Notes: generated by a model from the sequence alone, not told the origin. DNA of 64,000 nt from Candidatus Thorarchaeota archaeon (GCA_019057475.1 DXJO01000010.1:320001-384000); one strand, 5' to 3'. Positions 30,758 to 41,745 are shown, counted from the first letter of the stretch. A program made the numbers and translations.

Positions 30758-30866
30758 TCTATTCATGGCTCACTGACAATGCTGGACAATCTTCCAGTTT
30801 GGTGTAAATAGTTTACAATCCAAATCCATCATCAGCTAGCTTCTCACGGAATGACACAGGTCCACC

Positions 30867-31526
30867 TCATTTGATGATGTTCGCGAGTTTGCCAGTGCGG
30901 TGTAAGTAGACAATTCCCCAAATCCACATGATGGCAGTTAGAGAAGTCAGAATCTCAGGCAAGGCTACACCTGTCCAAGGCATTACTCCGACAATCGTTC
31001 CCCACCACAAGTAGATTGAGATGAAGGGCAGCGCGAGTGATATCAGGGCAAACCACCAGAGCTCTCGAAACCGCAGCCAGCTAAGACCAATGAACCACAT
31101 GGCCCACGGGAATGAGAAGAAAAATCCCACGGATACAATGTAGTGAGTGGGACTGAAGTTCTCCGAGAAGACACCAATGGTTGTCAGAAACACGGACGCT
31201 ATGACATATGGGATAATGCCAATCTTTGTTGGTAAATCAGTGAGTTGGCGAAGGAGCCAAATGATGTAGTACACCATCACCGTCCCAGTGATAGCCAGTC
31301 CTGCATTGAAGATAATCGCGCGTACAACTGGATTTGGACCGATGTCGGTGCGTATGTAATGCCCCAGGTCGCTCAGTGCGTTACCAGTCCAAGAGAAGTC
31401 TGGTGAAATGAGAATTGCAACTGCAATGCAAGTCAATGCAAAAAGTGGGGCTATTGTAGCCATGAGGATTGGCTTCGGTACTTCCCGAATCTTCTCAGAT
31501 AGCGACATGAAACCTCCAGCAGACAA
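30867..31526 (-). CDS. DUF998-family membrane protein
   Basis: FSWTGNALSDLG, IFNAGL, IGVFSE, HYIVS; ~6 TMs. Confidence 0.75.
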   Translation of the reverse strand: MSAGGFMSLSEKIREVPKPILMATIAPLFALTCIAVAILISPDFSWTGNALSDLGHYIRTDIGPNPVVRAIIFNAGLAITGTVMVYYIIWLLRQLTDLPTKIGIIPYVIASVFLTTIGVFSENFSPTHYIVSVGFFFSFPWAMWFIGLSWLRFRELWWFALISLALPFISIYLWWGTIVGVMPWTGVALPEILTSLTAIMWIWGIVYLHRTGKLANIIK

Positions 31527-31651
31527 TCCTGTATTTGAGTACTCCTACACGTGGCGATATGTCTGCATGTTTCCCAAGCAGTTCAAGCCAAGAATTCATT
31601 AGACGGATTATTCATGTCCACGCCACACAAGCCCTCCAGCTTATAGAGGAG

Positions 31652-32695
31652 ATGAATAAGATACCAGTGCCATTCAAAGTCCTGCAATTTGGCCTTGGAA
31701 CGATGGGCAGGATAATCACGCAGACACTCATGGACCGAGGAAACCTTGACCTGGTTGGAGTCGTTGATATTAACCCCAAATACGCAGGCAAGAGTGTCGA
31801 GGAAGTTCTGGTTTCGGGTCGCAAGACATCCACATCGATCTTTAACAGCTTAGAGAACGCACTCCAAGCATTAGGAGATCAACCCGCCGACATAGCCCTG
31901 ATTGCAACGTTGTCCTCTCTCGATGACATTGCTTCGTCAATCTCGGATTGCTTTGAAGCCGGAATGGACGTGGTATCCCTCTGTGAAGAGCTATCATATC
32001 CCTACATTCGCCATCCCGAGCTCTCACGAAACCTTGACAGATTGGCTAAGAAACACGGGAAGACCGTTCTGGGCACCGGCATCAATCCTGGTTTCCTGAT
32101 GGATTTTCTTCCCATATGCCTTTCAGCTCCCTGTCAGAGAGTAGATACGATACGCGTGACGCGCCGCATCGATTCCAGTCGTCGGCGCACATCATTCCAG
32201 AAGAAAATCGGTACGGGCATGAGTCCAGCGGACTTCAAGAAGGCCATATCTGAGGGCTCGATTACAGGTCACGTGGGTTTAGTGGAATCCATTCGAATGA
32301 TTAACGATGCCCTGAATCTAGAGCTCGACTCTGTAGTAGAGTTACCCCCTGAACCAGTGATTGCATCTACTGACATTGAAACCCCCGTTGCAGATGTAAA
32401 GAAAGGGGATGTCATCGGATTGAAGAGCAATGGAGTGGGTAGGAAACAGGGAACGGATGTGGTAACCTTGAGCTTCATCGCACATGCGGGAGCGGAGCCG
32501 GAGTTCGACGAGGTTTGCATTGAAGGCTATCCCAAGATAGTCCAGCGCATTGAAGGAGGCATTCAGGGCGATCACGGTACTGTTGGAATGATCCTGAATA
32601 TGATTCCCTTGGTTATTGAGGCCCCACCTGGTCTCTTCACGATGAAAGATCTACCGTGTCCAAGAAATACGCAGTCGTTCTGGAGAGGCGACTGA
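31652..32695 (+). CDS. 2,4-diaminopentanoate dehydrogenase-like / DapB-related NAD(P)-dependent amine dehydrogenase
   Basis: QFGLGTMG, CEELSYP, LGTGINPGFLMD, KKIGTG, GHVGLVES, GGIQGDHGT. Confidence 0.8.
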   Translation: MNKIPVPFKVLQFGLGTMGRIITQTLMDRGNLDLVGVVDINPKYAGKSVEEVLVSGRKTSTSIFNSLENALQALGDQPADIALIATLSSLDDIASSISDCFEAGMDVVSLCEELSYPYIRHPELSRNLDRLAKKHGKTVLGTGINPGFLMDFLPICLSAPCQRVDTIRVTRRIDSSRRRTSFQKKIGTGMSPADFKKAISEGSITGHVGLVESIRMINDALNLELDSVVELPPEPVIASTDIETPVADVKKGDVIGLKSNGVGRKQGTDVVTLSFIAHAGAEPEFDEVCIEGYPKIVQRIEGGIQGDHGTVGMILNMIPLVIEAPPGLFTMKDLPCPRNTQSFWRGD

Positions 32696-32739
32696 CAAGC
32701 CCTCAAGACAATACATTGCTAAGTCAGGTGAATAAGATT

Positions 32740-34047
32740 ATGCTTGAGAAGTATAAGCAAGCAACTCCGAAATCACGCGATCTTTGGAGCAGAGCTCTAC
32801 AGGTGTTCGCGGGAGGTGTTAACCACAACATACGGACCTTCGGCATGGTGTCCCCCGGTGCATATCCTCCCTACATCAAGCGTGGAAAGGGTAGCAAAAT
32901 CTGGGACGTGGATGGCAACGAGTATGTCGATTGGTGGATGACGCACTACTCGCATATCTTGGGTCATAATCATCCGCGAGTGAAAGAGTCAATTCAGAAG
33001 CAGATGGAAGACTGTATTCACCTTGGCACTTTGAATGAGCATCAAATTATCTTTGCTGAGAAGATTCAGGAGGCCATCCCATACCTAAAGAGAATGCGAT
33101 TCTGCGCTACTGGAAGTGAAGCCGCCATGTATGCAGTCAGGCTCGCTCGCTTGTTTACCGGAAAGCGTCTAGTAGCTAAGGCACGTGGGGGTTGGCACGG
33201 CGGCAGTGATGCCCTTGGCTATCACATTCACTTCCCCTTCTCCGATGATCCATTCTACGACGGCGTTTCATTTGAGTTCAATGACCGCGACAGCGTGGAT
33301 TTGCTAATGAAGACACACGGAAAGGAGCTTGCCGCCGTGGTAGTTGAGCCCGTGCTTGGAGCGGGAGGAGGGATTCCACCGGGGCCCGACTTCCTTCCCT
33401 ATCTTCGCGAAGAAACAGAAACACGGGACATCTTGCTGATATTCGACGAGATAATCACAGGCTTTCGGCTTCGCTATGGTGCAGCGGGGAAAGACATCTT
33501 CGGGGCGGAACCCGATCTTCTCACACTGGGCAAGATTGCAGCTGGTGGAATGCCCCTCGGAGTTTACGGCGGACGCAAAGATGTCATGGCATTGGCCGCA
33601 CCCGGGGCAAAAGGCGGGCGCTGGGTGGGCGGTGGGACTTTTTCAAGTCATCCACTCTCTATGGTTTCAGGGATAGCAACTTTGGATCAACTGCATTCAT
33701 TATCAGATGACTACGCTTCGCTGAACAAGCGGGGAGATGACTTCCGAGAGAAGCTGAACCAAATAATGGTGAACAAGAACGTCAACTCCTTGGCTACAGG
33801 CTATGGTTCAATGCTGTTCATCAACTGCCTCAAGCGTGATTTCAGAGGCTCGACGCTGACTGGAGGCAGCATTGGAGAGGCGTTGGATACGCGCGGTCAG
33901 GATATATTCCAGGCAAGGCTGATGGAACAGGGTGTGTTTGGCTACCATGGATTGGGTGCCATGTCGTTTGAGCATTCAGAGCAAGACTTGGAGCGAACTC
34001 TCGAAGCCGTTTCTATAGCAGCTGAGAAGCTAAAGCAAACGATGTAG
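32740..34047 (+). CDS. Class III PLP aminotransferase (glutamate-1-semialdehyde aminomutase-like)
   Basis: WDVDGNEYVD, ILGH, TGSEA, WHGGSD, IFDEIITGFR, TLGKIAAGG, GGTF. Confidence 0.85.
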   Translation: MLEKYKQATPKSRDLWSRALQVFAGGVNHNIRTFGMVSPGAYPPYIKRGKGSKIWDVDGNEYVDWWMTHYSHILGHNHPRVKESIQKQMEDCIHLGTLNEHQIIFAEKIQEAIPYLKRMRFCATGSEAAMYAVRLARLFTGKRLVAKARGGWHGGSDALGYHIHFPFSDDPFYDGVSFEFNDRDSVDLLMKTHGKELAAVVVEPVLGAGGGIPPGPDFLPYLREETETRDILLIFDEIITGFRLRYGAAGKDIFGAEPDLLTLGKIAAGGMPLGVYGGRKDVMALAAPGAKGGRWVGGGTFSSHPLSMVSGIATLDQLHSLSDDYASLNKRGDDFREKLNQIMVNKNVNSLATGYGSMLFINCLKRDFRGSTLTGGSIGEALDTRGQDIFQARLMEQGVFGYHGLGAMSFEHSEQDLERTLEAVSIAAEKLKQTM

Positions 34048-34136
34048 AGAGAGCAGCATCTGTTAGTCAAAGATAAAAGGATGGCATGAGATTGACGGCT
34101 CCCCAATCATGGGCCAATCTTTCGCGGTGAATCAAG

Positions 34137-35051
34137 TTGGCAGAACCTGAAATAGAAGATAAACGAATAACTCTCGCTGAGGCGGCCAAGATGGTCCCAG
34201 ATGGGTCTGGGCTCTTCTGGGGTGGCTTTGGATTCCAGAGGCCTCCGATAGCTTTTGCGTCAGAGTTGATTAGGCAGAAGAAGCGCAATCTCACAATCTA
34301 TACATGTGGTTCAGAGGTTGATCTCGAGATATTGGTTGGCGCGGGAGTTGTTCCACGCCTTGAGATCGCTTTCGTGGCGATTGAAGCACTAGGGCTTGCT
34401 AACAACATGCGTCGCAGAGTTGCTGAGGGCAAGGTTGAGATAGAGGACTATAGCAACCTGGCAATGGCGATGAGGTTCTTGGGTGGCGCACTGAATGTTC
34501 CGTTCATGCCCCTGCGCAGCTTGATGGGGACCGACATGGTCGCCAAATCGCGGTACAGAGGCGACAAAAAGCTCAAGGTGATTGATTGCCCATTTACAGG
34601 AGAGAAGATCTGCCTTGTTCCGTCGATTCAACCAGACTTCAGCATAATCCACGCACAGCGTGTAGATATGTCTGGGAACGCACAAATCGATGGGATTGTG
34701 GGCGAGGACCTTGAAGGCAGCCGCTGTGGAAAGAAGCTCATTGTCTTAGCAGAGGAGCTCGTTGACGAAGAGGAAATTCGCATCGCGCCTGAACAGACCA
34801 AGATTCCGGCCATGTACGTTGATCATGTTGTACTTGTTCCATTCGCAGCTCACCCCATGATGTGTCACGGCTACTATGATTATGACTTGGAGTTCTTGCA
34901 GATGTTCCATAAGATTACCCGGAAAGAAGAAACTTGGCAGGAGTATCTGGACACATACATCCTTGGGGTTGAAAACCATGACGCCTATCTGGACAAGATT
35001 GGATGGAGTCGCTTGAACAAGCTGAAGGCTATCAAGCCACGGGGGTACTAA
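34137..35051 (+). CDS. CoA transferase subunit A (glutaconate CoA-transferase-like)
   Basis: WGGFGFQRPP, VPFMPLRSLMGTD, IIHAQRVD.GNAQ, YYDYD. Confidence 0.88.
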   Translation: MAEPEIEDKRITLAEAAKMVPDGSGLFWGGFGFQRPPIAFASELIRQKKRNLTIYTCGSEVDLEILVGAGVVPRLEIAFVAIEALGLANNMRRRVAEGKVEIEDYSNLAMAMRFLGGALNVPFMPLRSLMGTDMVAKSRYRGDKKLKVIDCPFTGEKICLVPSIQPDFSIIHAQRVDMSGNAQIDGIVGEDLEGSRCGKKLIVLAEELVDEEEIRIAPEQTKIPAMYVDHVVLVPFAAHPMMCHGYYDYDLEFLQMFHKITRKEETWQEYLDTYILGVENHDAYLDKIGWSRLNKLKAIKPRGY

Positions 35052-35063
35052 GGAGGTCACCCA

Positions 35064-35837
35064 ATGGTCGAGTATAGCAAGATCGAGTTCTTAGCAGCCT
35101 GTGCCTCTAGCCATGTCAGAGACGGTGAGAATGTCTTCGGCGGTACTGGTCTGCCTCTATTGGCCGCACTGTTGGCCAAAGAAACACACGCACGCAACAT
35201 CAATTTGATTTCTGAGGCTGGGTTCATCGACGCAAGGCCCAGAGAGGTTCCACTGTCAGTGGCGGACACGAGGTATTACCTCGGCTGCTCTGCGTCGATT
35301 GGTCTTATTGAGACCCTTGGGTTCATCCTTCAAGCCGGACATGTTGATGTTGGTTTTCTAGGCGCCGCTCAGATTGATGAGTATGGTAATCTCAACACCA
35401 CATACATCGGACCTTACGAATCACCGAAGGTTAGACTTCCTGGAAGTGGCGGAGGAAATGACATTGCCTCCTCAGCTAAGCGCCTGATAATAATAATGAC
35501 CCACGATAAGCGTAAGTTTGTCAAACAATTGGACCATTTCACCAGTCCTGGCCATCTTGAAGGCCCAGGGTCTCGTGAGAAATGGTCGATGGTGGGAGGC
35601 GGCCCTGAAGTGGTCATAACTGACATGTGTCAGATGGACTTCGACCCAAAGACCCTGAAGATCAGACTGATGTCGGTGCATCCGGGGTACACTGTACAGG
35701 ATGTGCTCGATAACGTGATGTTTGACTTGATAATACCGGACGATGTTCCAACGACCGACGAACCCACTCAGGAACAGATTGACGTTATGCATCGCCTGGA
35801 TTCACACGGCGTATACTTGGGCAAGGGCGGGAGCTAA
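35064..35837 (+). CDS. CoA transferase subunit B (glutaconate CoA-transferase-like)
   Basis: GTGLP, ISEAG (catalytic Glu), FLGAAQIDEYGNLN, RLPGSGGGND. Confidence 0.88.
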   Translation: MVEYSKIEFLAACASSHVRDGENVFGGTGLPLLAALLAKETHARNINLISEAGFIDARPREVPLSVADTRYYLGCSASIGLIETLGFILQAGHVDVGFLGAAQIDEYGNLNTTYIGPYESPKVRLPGSGGGNDIASSAKRLIIIMTHDKRKFVKQLDHFTSPGHLEGPGSREKWSMVGGGPEVVITDMCQMDFDPKTLKIRLMSVHPGYTVQDVLDNVMFDLIIPDDVPTTDEPTQEQIDVMHRLDSHGVYLGKGGS

Positions 35838-35856
35838 TTCGGAGACTGCACCTATC

Positions 35857-36600
35857 GTGACTTCGCTTGAACTGAGTCAATTTGAGGCGATACTCTTCGA
35901 TCTTGACTCGACGCTGACACACACAGGCGAATACGCTTTCAAGGCCTGTGAGTGGCTTCTGTCCAAGACCGTAGAGGACACGTCAGATATTCGTGAACCT
36001 TACTTCAGATCGCTCTTCTCGAACTACCGGGTTGAGATTGAGCGCATTGTCAACGGAGCACCATATATCACTCCGACGAAATGCGTGAGGAATGCTCTGA
36101 GGAAAAGCCTTGAGGACATTGGGCTTGAGGTCATTAACTCCCTGCTGGACGAAGTCACTGACATGTTCAGGAGGCTTCATGTGGAACTCTCGAAGCCCAT
36201 GCCTGACACAGAAGGTCTGCTGCAACGTCTTTCTGCGAACGGAATCAAGATGGGTGTGATAACCAATAGCTTTGTGGGGGATGTCAAAACAATTCTAGGG
36301 GGTTTCGATTTGGCGAAGTTCTTCACAGTCTTGGCCGACCCTGGAGACATGAAGGCCTTCAAGCCAATGCCCGAGATATTCGAGTATACCATGGGCGAAC
36401 TAGAGGTTTCCAAGAACGAAGTGCTGTTTGTTGGTGATGAGTACTATGCAGATATTGTTGGTGCCGCTCGGGCGGGAATTCCATCTGTCTGGGTAAATAT
36501 CAGAGGGTCCTCATACGAGAAGAGCTTGACCAAGTATGGCGATGATACCGCACCGCTTCTTGTGCTTGATGCCCTAGCAGAGCTTGGGAATTGCTTTTGA
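35857..36600 (+). CDS. HAD-superfamily hydrolase
   Basis: LFDLDSTL, GVITNS, KPMPEIF, FVGDEYYADIVGA. Confidence 0.85.
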   Translation: MTSLELSQFEAILFDLDSTLTHTGEYAFKACEWLLSKTVEDTSDIREPYFRSLFSNYRVEIERIVNGAPYITPTKCVRNALRKSLEDIGLEVINSLLDEVTDMFRRLHVELSKPMPDTEGLLQRLSANGIKMGVITNSFVGDVKTILGGFDLAKFFTVLADPGDMKAFKPMPEIFEYTMGELEVSKNEVLFVGDEYYADIVGAARAGIPSVWVNIRGSSYEKSLTKYGDDTAPLLVLDALAELGNCF

Positions 36601-36720
36601 CTCTCCCGTTACGCGGTAGCGCGCCTCGTTTAGCTCAATTTGAGTCGCGTTAGACGAACAATACATATTAGCAACTCACGAGAACGGAGTCCTGTAAGCA
36701 CGAAAGGAGCTGCATGCAAC

Positions 36721-37167
36721 TTGAGCGGCGAAAATGACGAAACGGGCCCACTCCGAGCGCGTTCGGACCTCATTGACATACTAAGTAGTGATCCTAAGAA
36801 CACCGACGCCCTAGTCACAATCATTGAAAACGAGCTGAAGGACATCAAGGACGGTGATGTTGTTGACAAGATTTCAGCTGCAGTAGCTAGCGCCGCTGAT
36901 CGGACTGATATAGGCTCGAAAGCACGTGATAATCTCCTGTTCTGGCTGACGGAAACAAGCCCAGATGTTAGACAAATGATCATGGTGCAAACGATTGAGC
37001 ATCTCTTGCAGAACCCCGAATGTCGCAAGCCAACTCTTTCAGCCCTTGCCAAAGTGTCATCCAAAGAAAATGTCAAACTAGTGCTTGATTGGCATGACCG
37101 TGGAATTTTGACACTCAATCAGGCAGTCTTTGTTTTACTCTATCCTGATTCATCCAAGTTGGGTTAG
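36721..37167 (+). CDS. Hypothetical alpha-helical protein
   Basis: 148-aa ORF from TTG with AAGGAG upstream; amphipathic helices. Confidence 0.6.
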   Translation: MSGENDETGPLRARSDLIDILSSDPKNTDALVTIIENELKDIKDGDVVDKISAAVASAADRTDIGSKARDNLLFWLTETSPDVRQMIMVQTIEHLLQNPECRKPTLSALAKVSSKENVKLVLDWHDRGILTLNQAVFVLLYPDSSKLG

Positions 37168-37188
37168 GTGCGTTAAGAGGCCCTACTC

Positions 37189-37461
37189 CTACACTGTGAT
37201 ATCGGGTAGGAACTTTCGGACATGCTTCTCCCAGGCCGGTTTCAGTTCGAGAGTTTTCTTGGCGCAGGCAATTGCCTCATCCTTCTGCCCCAGTCGATGA
37301 TGTAACTGCGCCTTGTAGAACCATGCTTTCTCGAAGCTTGGATTGAGTTTTATGGCCTCTTCATACGCCTTTAGAGCACCTTCCGAGTCGCCAGCTTTTT
37401 CTCGAATCTTTGCTTCTCCGAACCAATCGTACTCTGTATAATCTCCGGGTTCGATGGACAT
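37189..37461 (-). CDS. Small TPR protein
   Basis: ALKAYEEAIKLNP...AWFYKA...AIACAKKTLELKP. Confidence 0.8.
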   Translation of the reverse strand: MSIEPGDYTEYDWFGEAKIREKAGDSEGALKAYEEAIKLNPSFEKAWFYKAQLHHRLGQKDEAIACAKKTLELKPAWEKHVRKFLPDITV

Positions 37462-37573
37462 TGCTTAGAACACCTACTTTGTGTTTCCTATGCCATTCAC
37501 CCTAATAAATCAAGAGCCAAGCATCGGGAGTCAGTTGAGAAAACCAAATAGGGAGTTGCCATACATTTCTTGA

Positions 37574-38107
37574 GTGGTATGGATAGTACGGATTGCGAAG
37601 GAGTACCCGGTGTCAATAGCCATAGCATCTGTAACTCTTCCATTGCCAATAGGCCTTGTTGAATGGCATCATCTCCTTATTGACACAATCAGCGATACCA
37701 GCTACTACTTCGTTTAGGGTGGATATAGTGTTCGATACAATCGGTTTGGCTTCTATTATTCCACTGGCTTCGGTCCAATCAACTATAAGGCGTCGGTTGC
37801 CCTTGCCATCATTTGGGTGGCCATCGCAGCTGTTCTGATTGCTAGCAACCTTGCGCTTTCCAGACAGATGCTATCTGTTCGGACAAATTTCATCATTGCG
37901 TTCCTATGTCTGCTGGCTCAAATCGTTGTCCCGATTGTCGTCATGATGGCTCTCTCTCCAAACTTCGCGATGACCTTTGCTGCACCGCTACCAGTTCCCA
38001 GTATTCTGCAAATGGTCTGCTACTCGGCTATGCGTTTTTTCTCGAAAGGTCAAAGCTCCAGCCCTCAACCACTCCCTGACGTCGGCATAACAATCGAAAG
38101 GCTTTAA
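37574..38107 (+). pseudogene. Membrane-protein gene interrupted by a single in-frame TAG (37715-37717)
   Basis: Frame of 37817..38107 stays open upstream to GTG at 37574 apart from one TAG (SYYFV*GGYS). Confidence 0.45.
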
Positions 38108-38156
38108 ATCGTCACTAGGGACTCATCGCTATCTGACTACCAACAGAGGGAGTCCA

Positions 38157-38558
38157 TTGAGTTCATCAAAGAAAATACGTGTACTGGTTGCCAAACCCGG
38201 TCTTGATGGGCACGATCGCGGCGCGAAGATTGTTGCCAGGGCATTGCGGGACGCCGGGATGGAAGTCATCTATACCGGCCTTCGGCAGACACCGGAGATG
38301 ATTGTCGAAGCGGCAATTTCTGAAGATGTCAATGTAATAGGAATGAGTATTCTGTCCGGCGCACACAATGCTCTCTTCCCGAAGGTCATAGATCTTTTGA
38401 AGGCCGAAGGCGTTGATAACATCCTTGTAATCGGCGGAGGAATCATACCCCAAGACGATGTTCCCGCGCTCAAAGCCGCCGGCATCGCAGAGGTATTCGG
38501 TCCAGGTACTCCTCTGGCAGAAATAGTGGGATACATCGAGTCTAACGTCAAGTTGTAA
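38157..38558 (+). CDS. Acyl-CoA mutase small (cobalamin-binding) subunit
   Basis: [13 protein letters not shown] (DxHxxG), [21 protein letters not shown]. Confidence 0.93.
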   Translation: MSSSKKIRVLVAKPGLDGHDRGAKIVARALRDAGMEVIYTGLRQTPEMIVEAAISEDVNVIGMSILSGAHNALFPKVIDLLKAEGVDNILVIGGGIIPQDDVPALKAAGIAEVFGPGTPLAEIVGYIESNVKL

Positions 38559-38583
38559 TCGACCTTCCGAGAGGACAAATGCC

Positions 38584-39543
38584 TTGCCGGCGACAAAACT
38601 TGTGAAAGGGGTTCTCAAGGGGAACAGGCGAGACCTGGCTCGACTAATCACACTGATAGAAAATGAGCACTCCTCAGCGGCAACCGCGCTCAGCATGCTC
38701 TACAAGCATACTGGCAATGCTCACATTGTGGGAGTGACAGGACCTCCAGGCTCAGGCAAGAGCACATTGGTGACCAGGATTACTGCTAAGTATCGAAAGA
38801 GAAGCAAAACTATCGGAATTGTGTGTGTTGACCCTTCGAGTCCATTCACCGGCGGTGCACTGCTCGGGGATAGGATTCGGATGCAGGAACACAGCCTCGA
38901 TAAGGACGTCTATGTGCGGAGCATGAGTACTAGAGGTCACCTCGGTGGTCTAGCTCGGGCTACATCGGACGCAGTGCGTGTCATGGACGCCTTTGGCAAG
39001 GACATAGTCATTGTGGAAACAGTGGGCGCTGGTCAGTCTGAGGTCCAAGTTGTTGAGGTTGCACATACAGTTATTGTGGTAGATGTCCCAGGGGCAGGGG
39101 ACGACATTCAGGCCATCAAAGCGGGCATCATGGAAATTGCAGACATCTTTGTCGTCAACAAGGCTGACTATCCGGGGGCTGATAAGAAGGTCACTGAGAT
39201 CAACGCAATGCTCGATCTCGATTCTCGAGAGCGGAGTTGGCGACCCCCGGTATTGGTTACCAATGCGCTCACTGGGGATGGCATTCCGGAACTTGTAGAT
39301 ATGATAGGCAAGCACATGTCCTATCTGCAAGAGACCGGTCTCTTGAAGCAGAAGGGGCTTCAACGCAGCCGTGATGAGCTTGAACAGATAATGGAATACA
39401 AGCTGACCAAAGAGCTCTTCACAAGGCTCCGGGGTACTCCAGAGTACGAACAGGCAATCAAGAAGATAGCTGGAAGAAATGATGACCCGTACTCGGTTGC
39501 AGAGCGACTAATTGCTGAGTTTTTGACCAGTGTTAGGGGGTAG
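38584..39543 (+). CDS. meaB: Methylmalonyl-CoA mutase-associated GTPase
   Basis: GVTGPPGSGKST, VDPSSPFTGGALLGDRIRM, ETVGAGQSE, GDDIQAIKAG, VNKAD. Confidence 0.93.
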   Translation: MPATKLVKGVLKGNRRDLARLITLIENEHSSAATALSMLYKHTGNAHIVGVTGPPGSGKSTLVTRITAKYRKRSKTIGIVCVDPSSPFTGGALLGDRIRMQEHSLDKDVYVRSMSTRGHLGGLARATSDAVRVMDAFGKDIVIVETVGAGQSEVQVVEVAHTVIVVDVPGAGDDIQAIKAGIMEIADIFVVNKADYPGADKKVTEINAMLDLDSRERSWRPPVLVTNALTGDGIPELVDMIGKHMSYLQETGLLKQKGLQRSRDELEQIMEYKLTKELFTRLRGTPEYEQAIKKIAGRNDDPYSVAERLIAEFLTSVRG

Positions 39544-39553
39544 GTGAAAAATA

Positions 39554-41227
39554 ATGGGATCTGAAAAGGGTCTCCGCAAGATAATCAAGGAATGGGAAGA
39601 GGGTCCTGTCGCAAAGACACTGGCCAAGTTTCCCGAGAGGAAAGAGCAATTTGAGACCCTCTCAGGAATACCGGTGGACCGCCTGTATAGCCCCTCTGAG
39701 AAGGCGCTGAAGGATTATGGACCGGAGCTGGGTTTTCCCGGCATGTTTCCTTTTACGCGCGGTGTTCAGCCTACGATGTATCGTGGACGCTTTTGGACGA
39801 TGCGCCAATACAGTGGCTTTGCCACCGCGAAGGAAACGAACGAGCGCTTCAAGTTCCTGCTTGATCAGGGGCAAACTGGTCTCTCTATCGCCTTCGACCT
39901 TCCAACTCAGATAGGCTATGACTCTGACAATCCTCTCGCCCAAGGTGAGGTTGGTAAGGTCGGAGTGGCAATCGACTCTCTGGCAGACATGGAGTTGTTA
40001 TTCGATGGAATCCCCCTAGACAAGGTCAGCACATCTATGACGATCAACGCTCCTGCAGCTATTCTCCTAGCAATGTATATCGCCGTAGGTGAGAAGCAAG
40101 GAGTGCCCATGAACAAGCTTCGCGGGACAATTCAGAACGATATTCTAAAGGAATACGTTGCCCGCGGGACATGGGTGTTTGGCCCGAATCCCTCCATGAG
40201 GATAACCACAGACATAATGGAATACTGTGCGAAGAATCTCCCTCTATGGAACCCCCTCTCCATATCAGGATACCACATTAGAGAGGCAGGCTCGACAGCA
40301 ATCCAAGAGATAGCATTCACCCTACTCAACGGGATGGCATATGTTCAGGCAGGAGTCGATAGTGGTCTGGATGTAGACAGTTTTGCACCTCGACTCTCAT
40401 TCTTCTTTAGCGCCCACAATGACATTCTTGAGGAGGTGGCAAAGTTCAGGGCGGCACGAAGGATGTGGGCACGTTTAATGAGAGAAAGAATAGGGGCAAA
40501 GGATCCGCGTTCATGGAAATTGCGTTTTCATACTCAGACTGCTGGTTGTTCGCTGACCGCTCAACAACCCGTGAATAATGTTGTTCGTGTGGCCTATCAA
40601 GCACTTGCTGCAATCCTAGGAGGTACGCAATCACTACATACAAACAGCATGGATGAAGCACTTTGCTTGCCAACAGAAGATGCAGTTCGAGTTGCATTGC
40701 GTACTCAACAGATTCTTGCTCATGAGAGTGGCATTGTAAACACGATTGACCCGTTGGGAGGGTCGTATTATGTCGAATCTCTCACCAACCAGCTAGAAGA
40801 GAAGGCGTACAAGTACTTCGACCAAGTCGAGTCAATGGGTGGAGTGATTCGAGCCATCGAGAAGGGGTTCTTCCAGCGTGAGATTGCGGAATCTGCATAC
40901 AAGTATCAGCTTGAGATTGACGCTGAGCAAAGAACGGTTGTTGGCGTCAATGATTTCATCATTGAAGGCGAGGAGCTGAAATTACCCGTATTGCAGGTCG
41001 ATAAGGAAATAGAGTGTCATCAGGTTGAGAGAGTCAAACTTGGTCGAAGAAAACGTGACAATAAGAAAGTCCTCGAATACTTGGATGATTTGAGAAAGGT
41101 TTCAAAAGGCACCGAGAATGTAATGCCATCTGTCTTGAAGGCAGTAAGGGCACATGCCACTGTTGGCGAGATAATGCATGTGTGGCGTGAAGTCTATGGT
41201 GAATGGAACCAGCCCAAGGTCCTCTAG
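39554..41227 (+). CDS. Methylmalonyl-CoA mutase large subunit
   Basis: FTRGV...[30 protein letters not shown]; in operon with the small subunit and meaB. Confidence 0.9.
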   Translation: MGSEKGLRKIIKEWEEGPVAKTLAKFPERKEQFETLSGIPVDRLYSPSEKALKDYGPELGFPGMFPFTRGVQPTMYRGRFWTMRQYSGFATAKETNERFKFLLDQGQTGLSIAFDLPTQIGYDSDNPLAQGEVGKVGVAIDSLADMELLFDGIPLDKVSTSMTINAPAAILLAMYIAVGEKQGVPMNKLRGTIQNDILKEYVARGTWVFGPNPSMRITTDIMEYCAKNLPLWNPLSISGYHIREAGSTAIQEIAFTLLNGMAYVQAGVDSGLDVDSFAPRLSFFFSAHNDILEEVAKFRAARRMWARLMRERIGAKDPRSWKLRFHTQTAGCSLTAQQPVNNVVRVAYQALAAILGGTQSLHTNSMDEALCLPTEDAVRVALRTQQILAHESGIVNTIDPLGGSYYVESLTNQLEEKAYKYFDQVESMGGVIRAIEKGFFQREIAESAYKYQLEIDAEQRTVVGVNDFIIEGEELKLPVLQVDKEIECHQVERVKLGRRKRDNKKVLEYLDDLRKVSKGTENVMPSVLKAVRAHATVGEIMHVWREVYGEWNQPKVL

Positions 41228-41459
41228 CTTCGAAGATGGCAGAACAACAGCAGTCTGCAGCCTATCATCCGAGTCCAAAGCAAAGACCTCCGGCTCGATT
41301 CCCAGTTCGAAGGCTATGTCAGCGAGCTTATCCGTTCCACACTGCGCTCCTGAGGATGTGTTAGGCGGTCTCGCAGAAGAAACACTTCTTCCATTCTGCA
41401 ATAAAGAACAGCCACACCTCCGGTACGGTGTCAACGCCCGAAAGCACTGATGGGCGAGA

Positions 41460-41629
41460 TTCGCCACACTGTTTACAACTCCAAGGTTGTACCATGCTGA
41501 AGCATTGTCAGGCTCAATCTCTGCTGTCATGCGGTATGCTTGCTCTGCCTTTGGGTGTCTTCCCTGCTTGTGGAGTTCGAATCCAAGATTACACCATTCG
41601 TCGGCGTCGTTAGGCTGAATACCTATCAC
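41460..41629 (-). pseudogene. TPR gene remnant
   Basis: PNDADEWCNLG...AEQAYR...EPDNASAWYNLG, then TPR character is lost and the frame runs into the mutase gene. Confidence 0.45.
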
Positions 41630-41745
41630 CGATGATTGACTCCATTATGAAATTGATAAGTTTGATTGGCATGAAGAACGCAAACGATTGTAAGCAGGCA
41701 TGCAGGCGTAGTTGTCTTAAGGAAGAAACGATGATGTGGGTTTAG

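Noticed and set aside
41570-41590. GTTCGAATCC T-loop-like tRNA motif
   Set aside because: Lies inside the TPR remnant, and no cloverleaf can be formed
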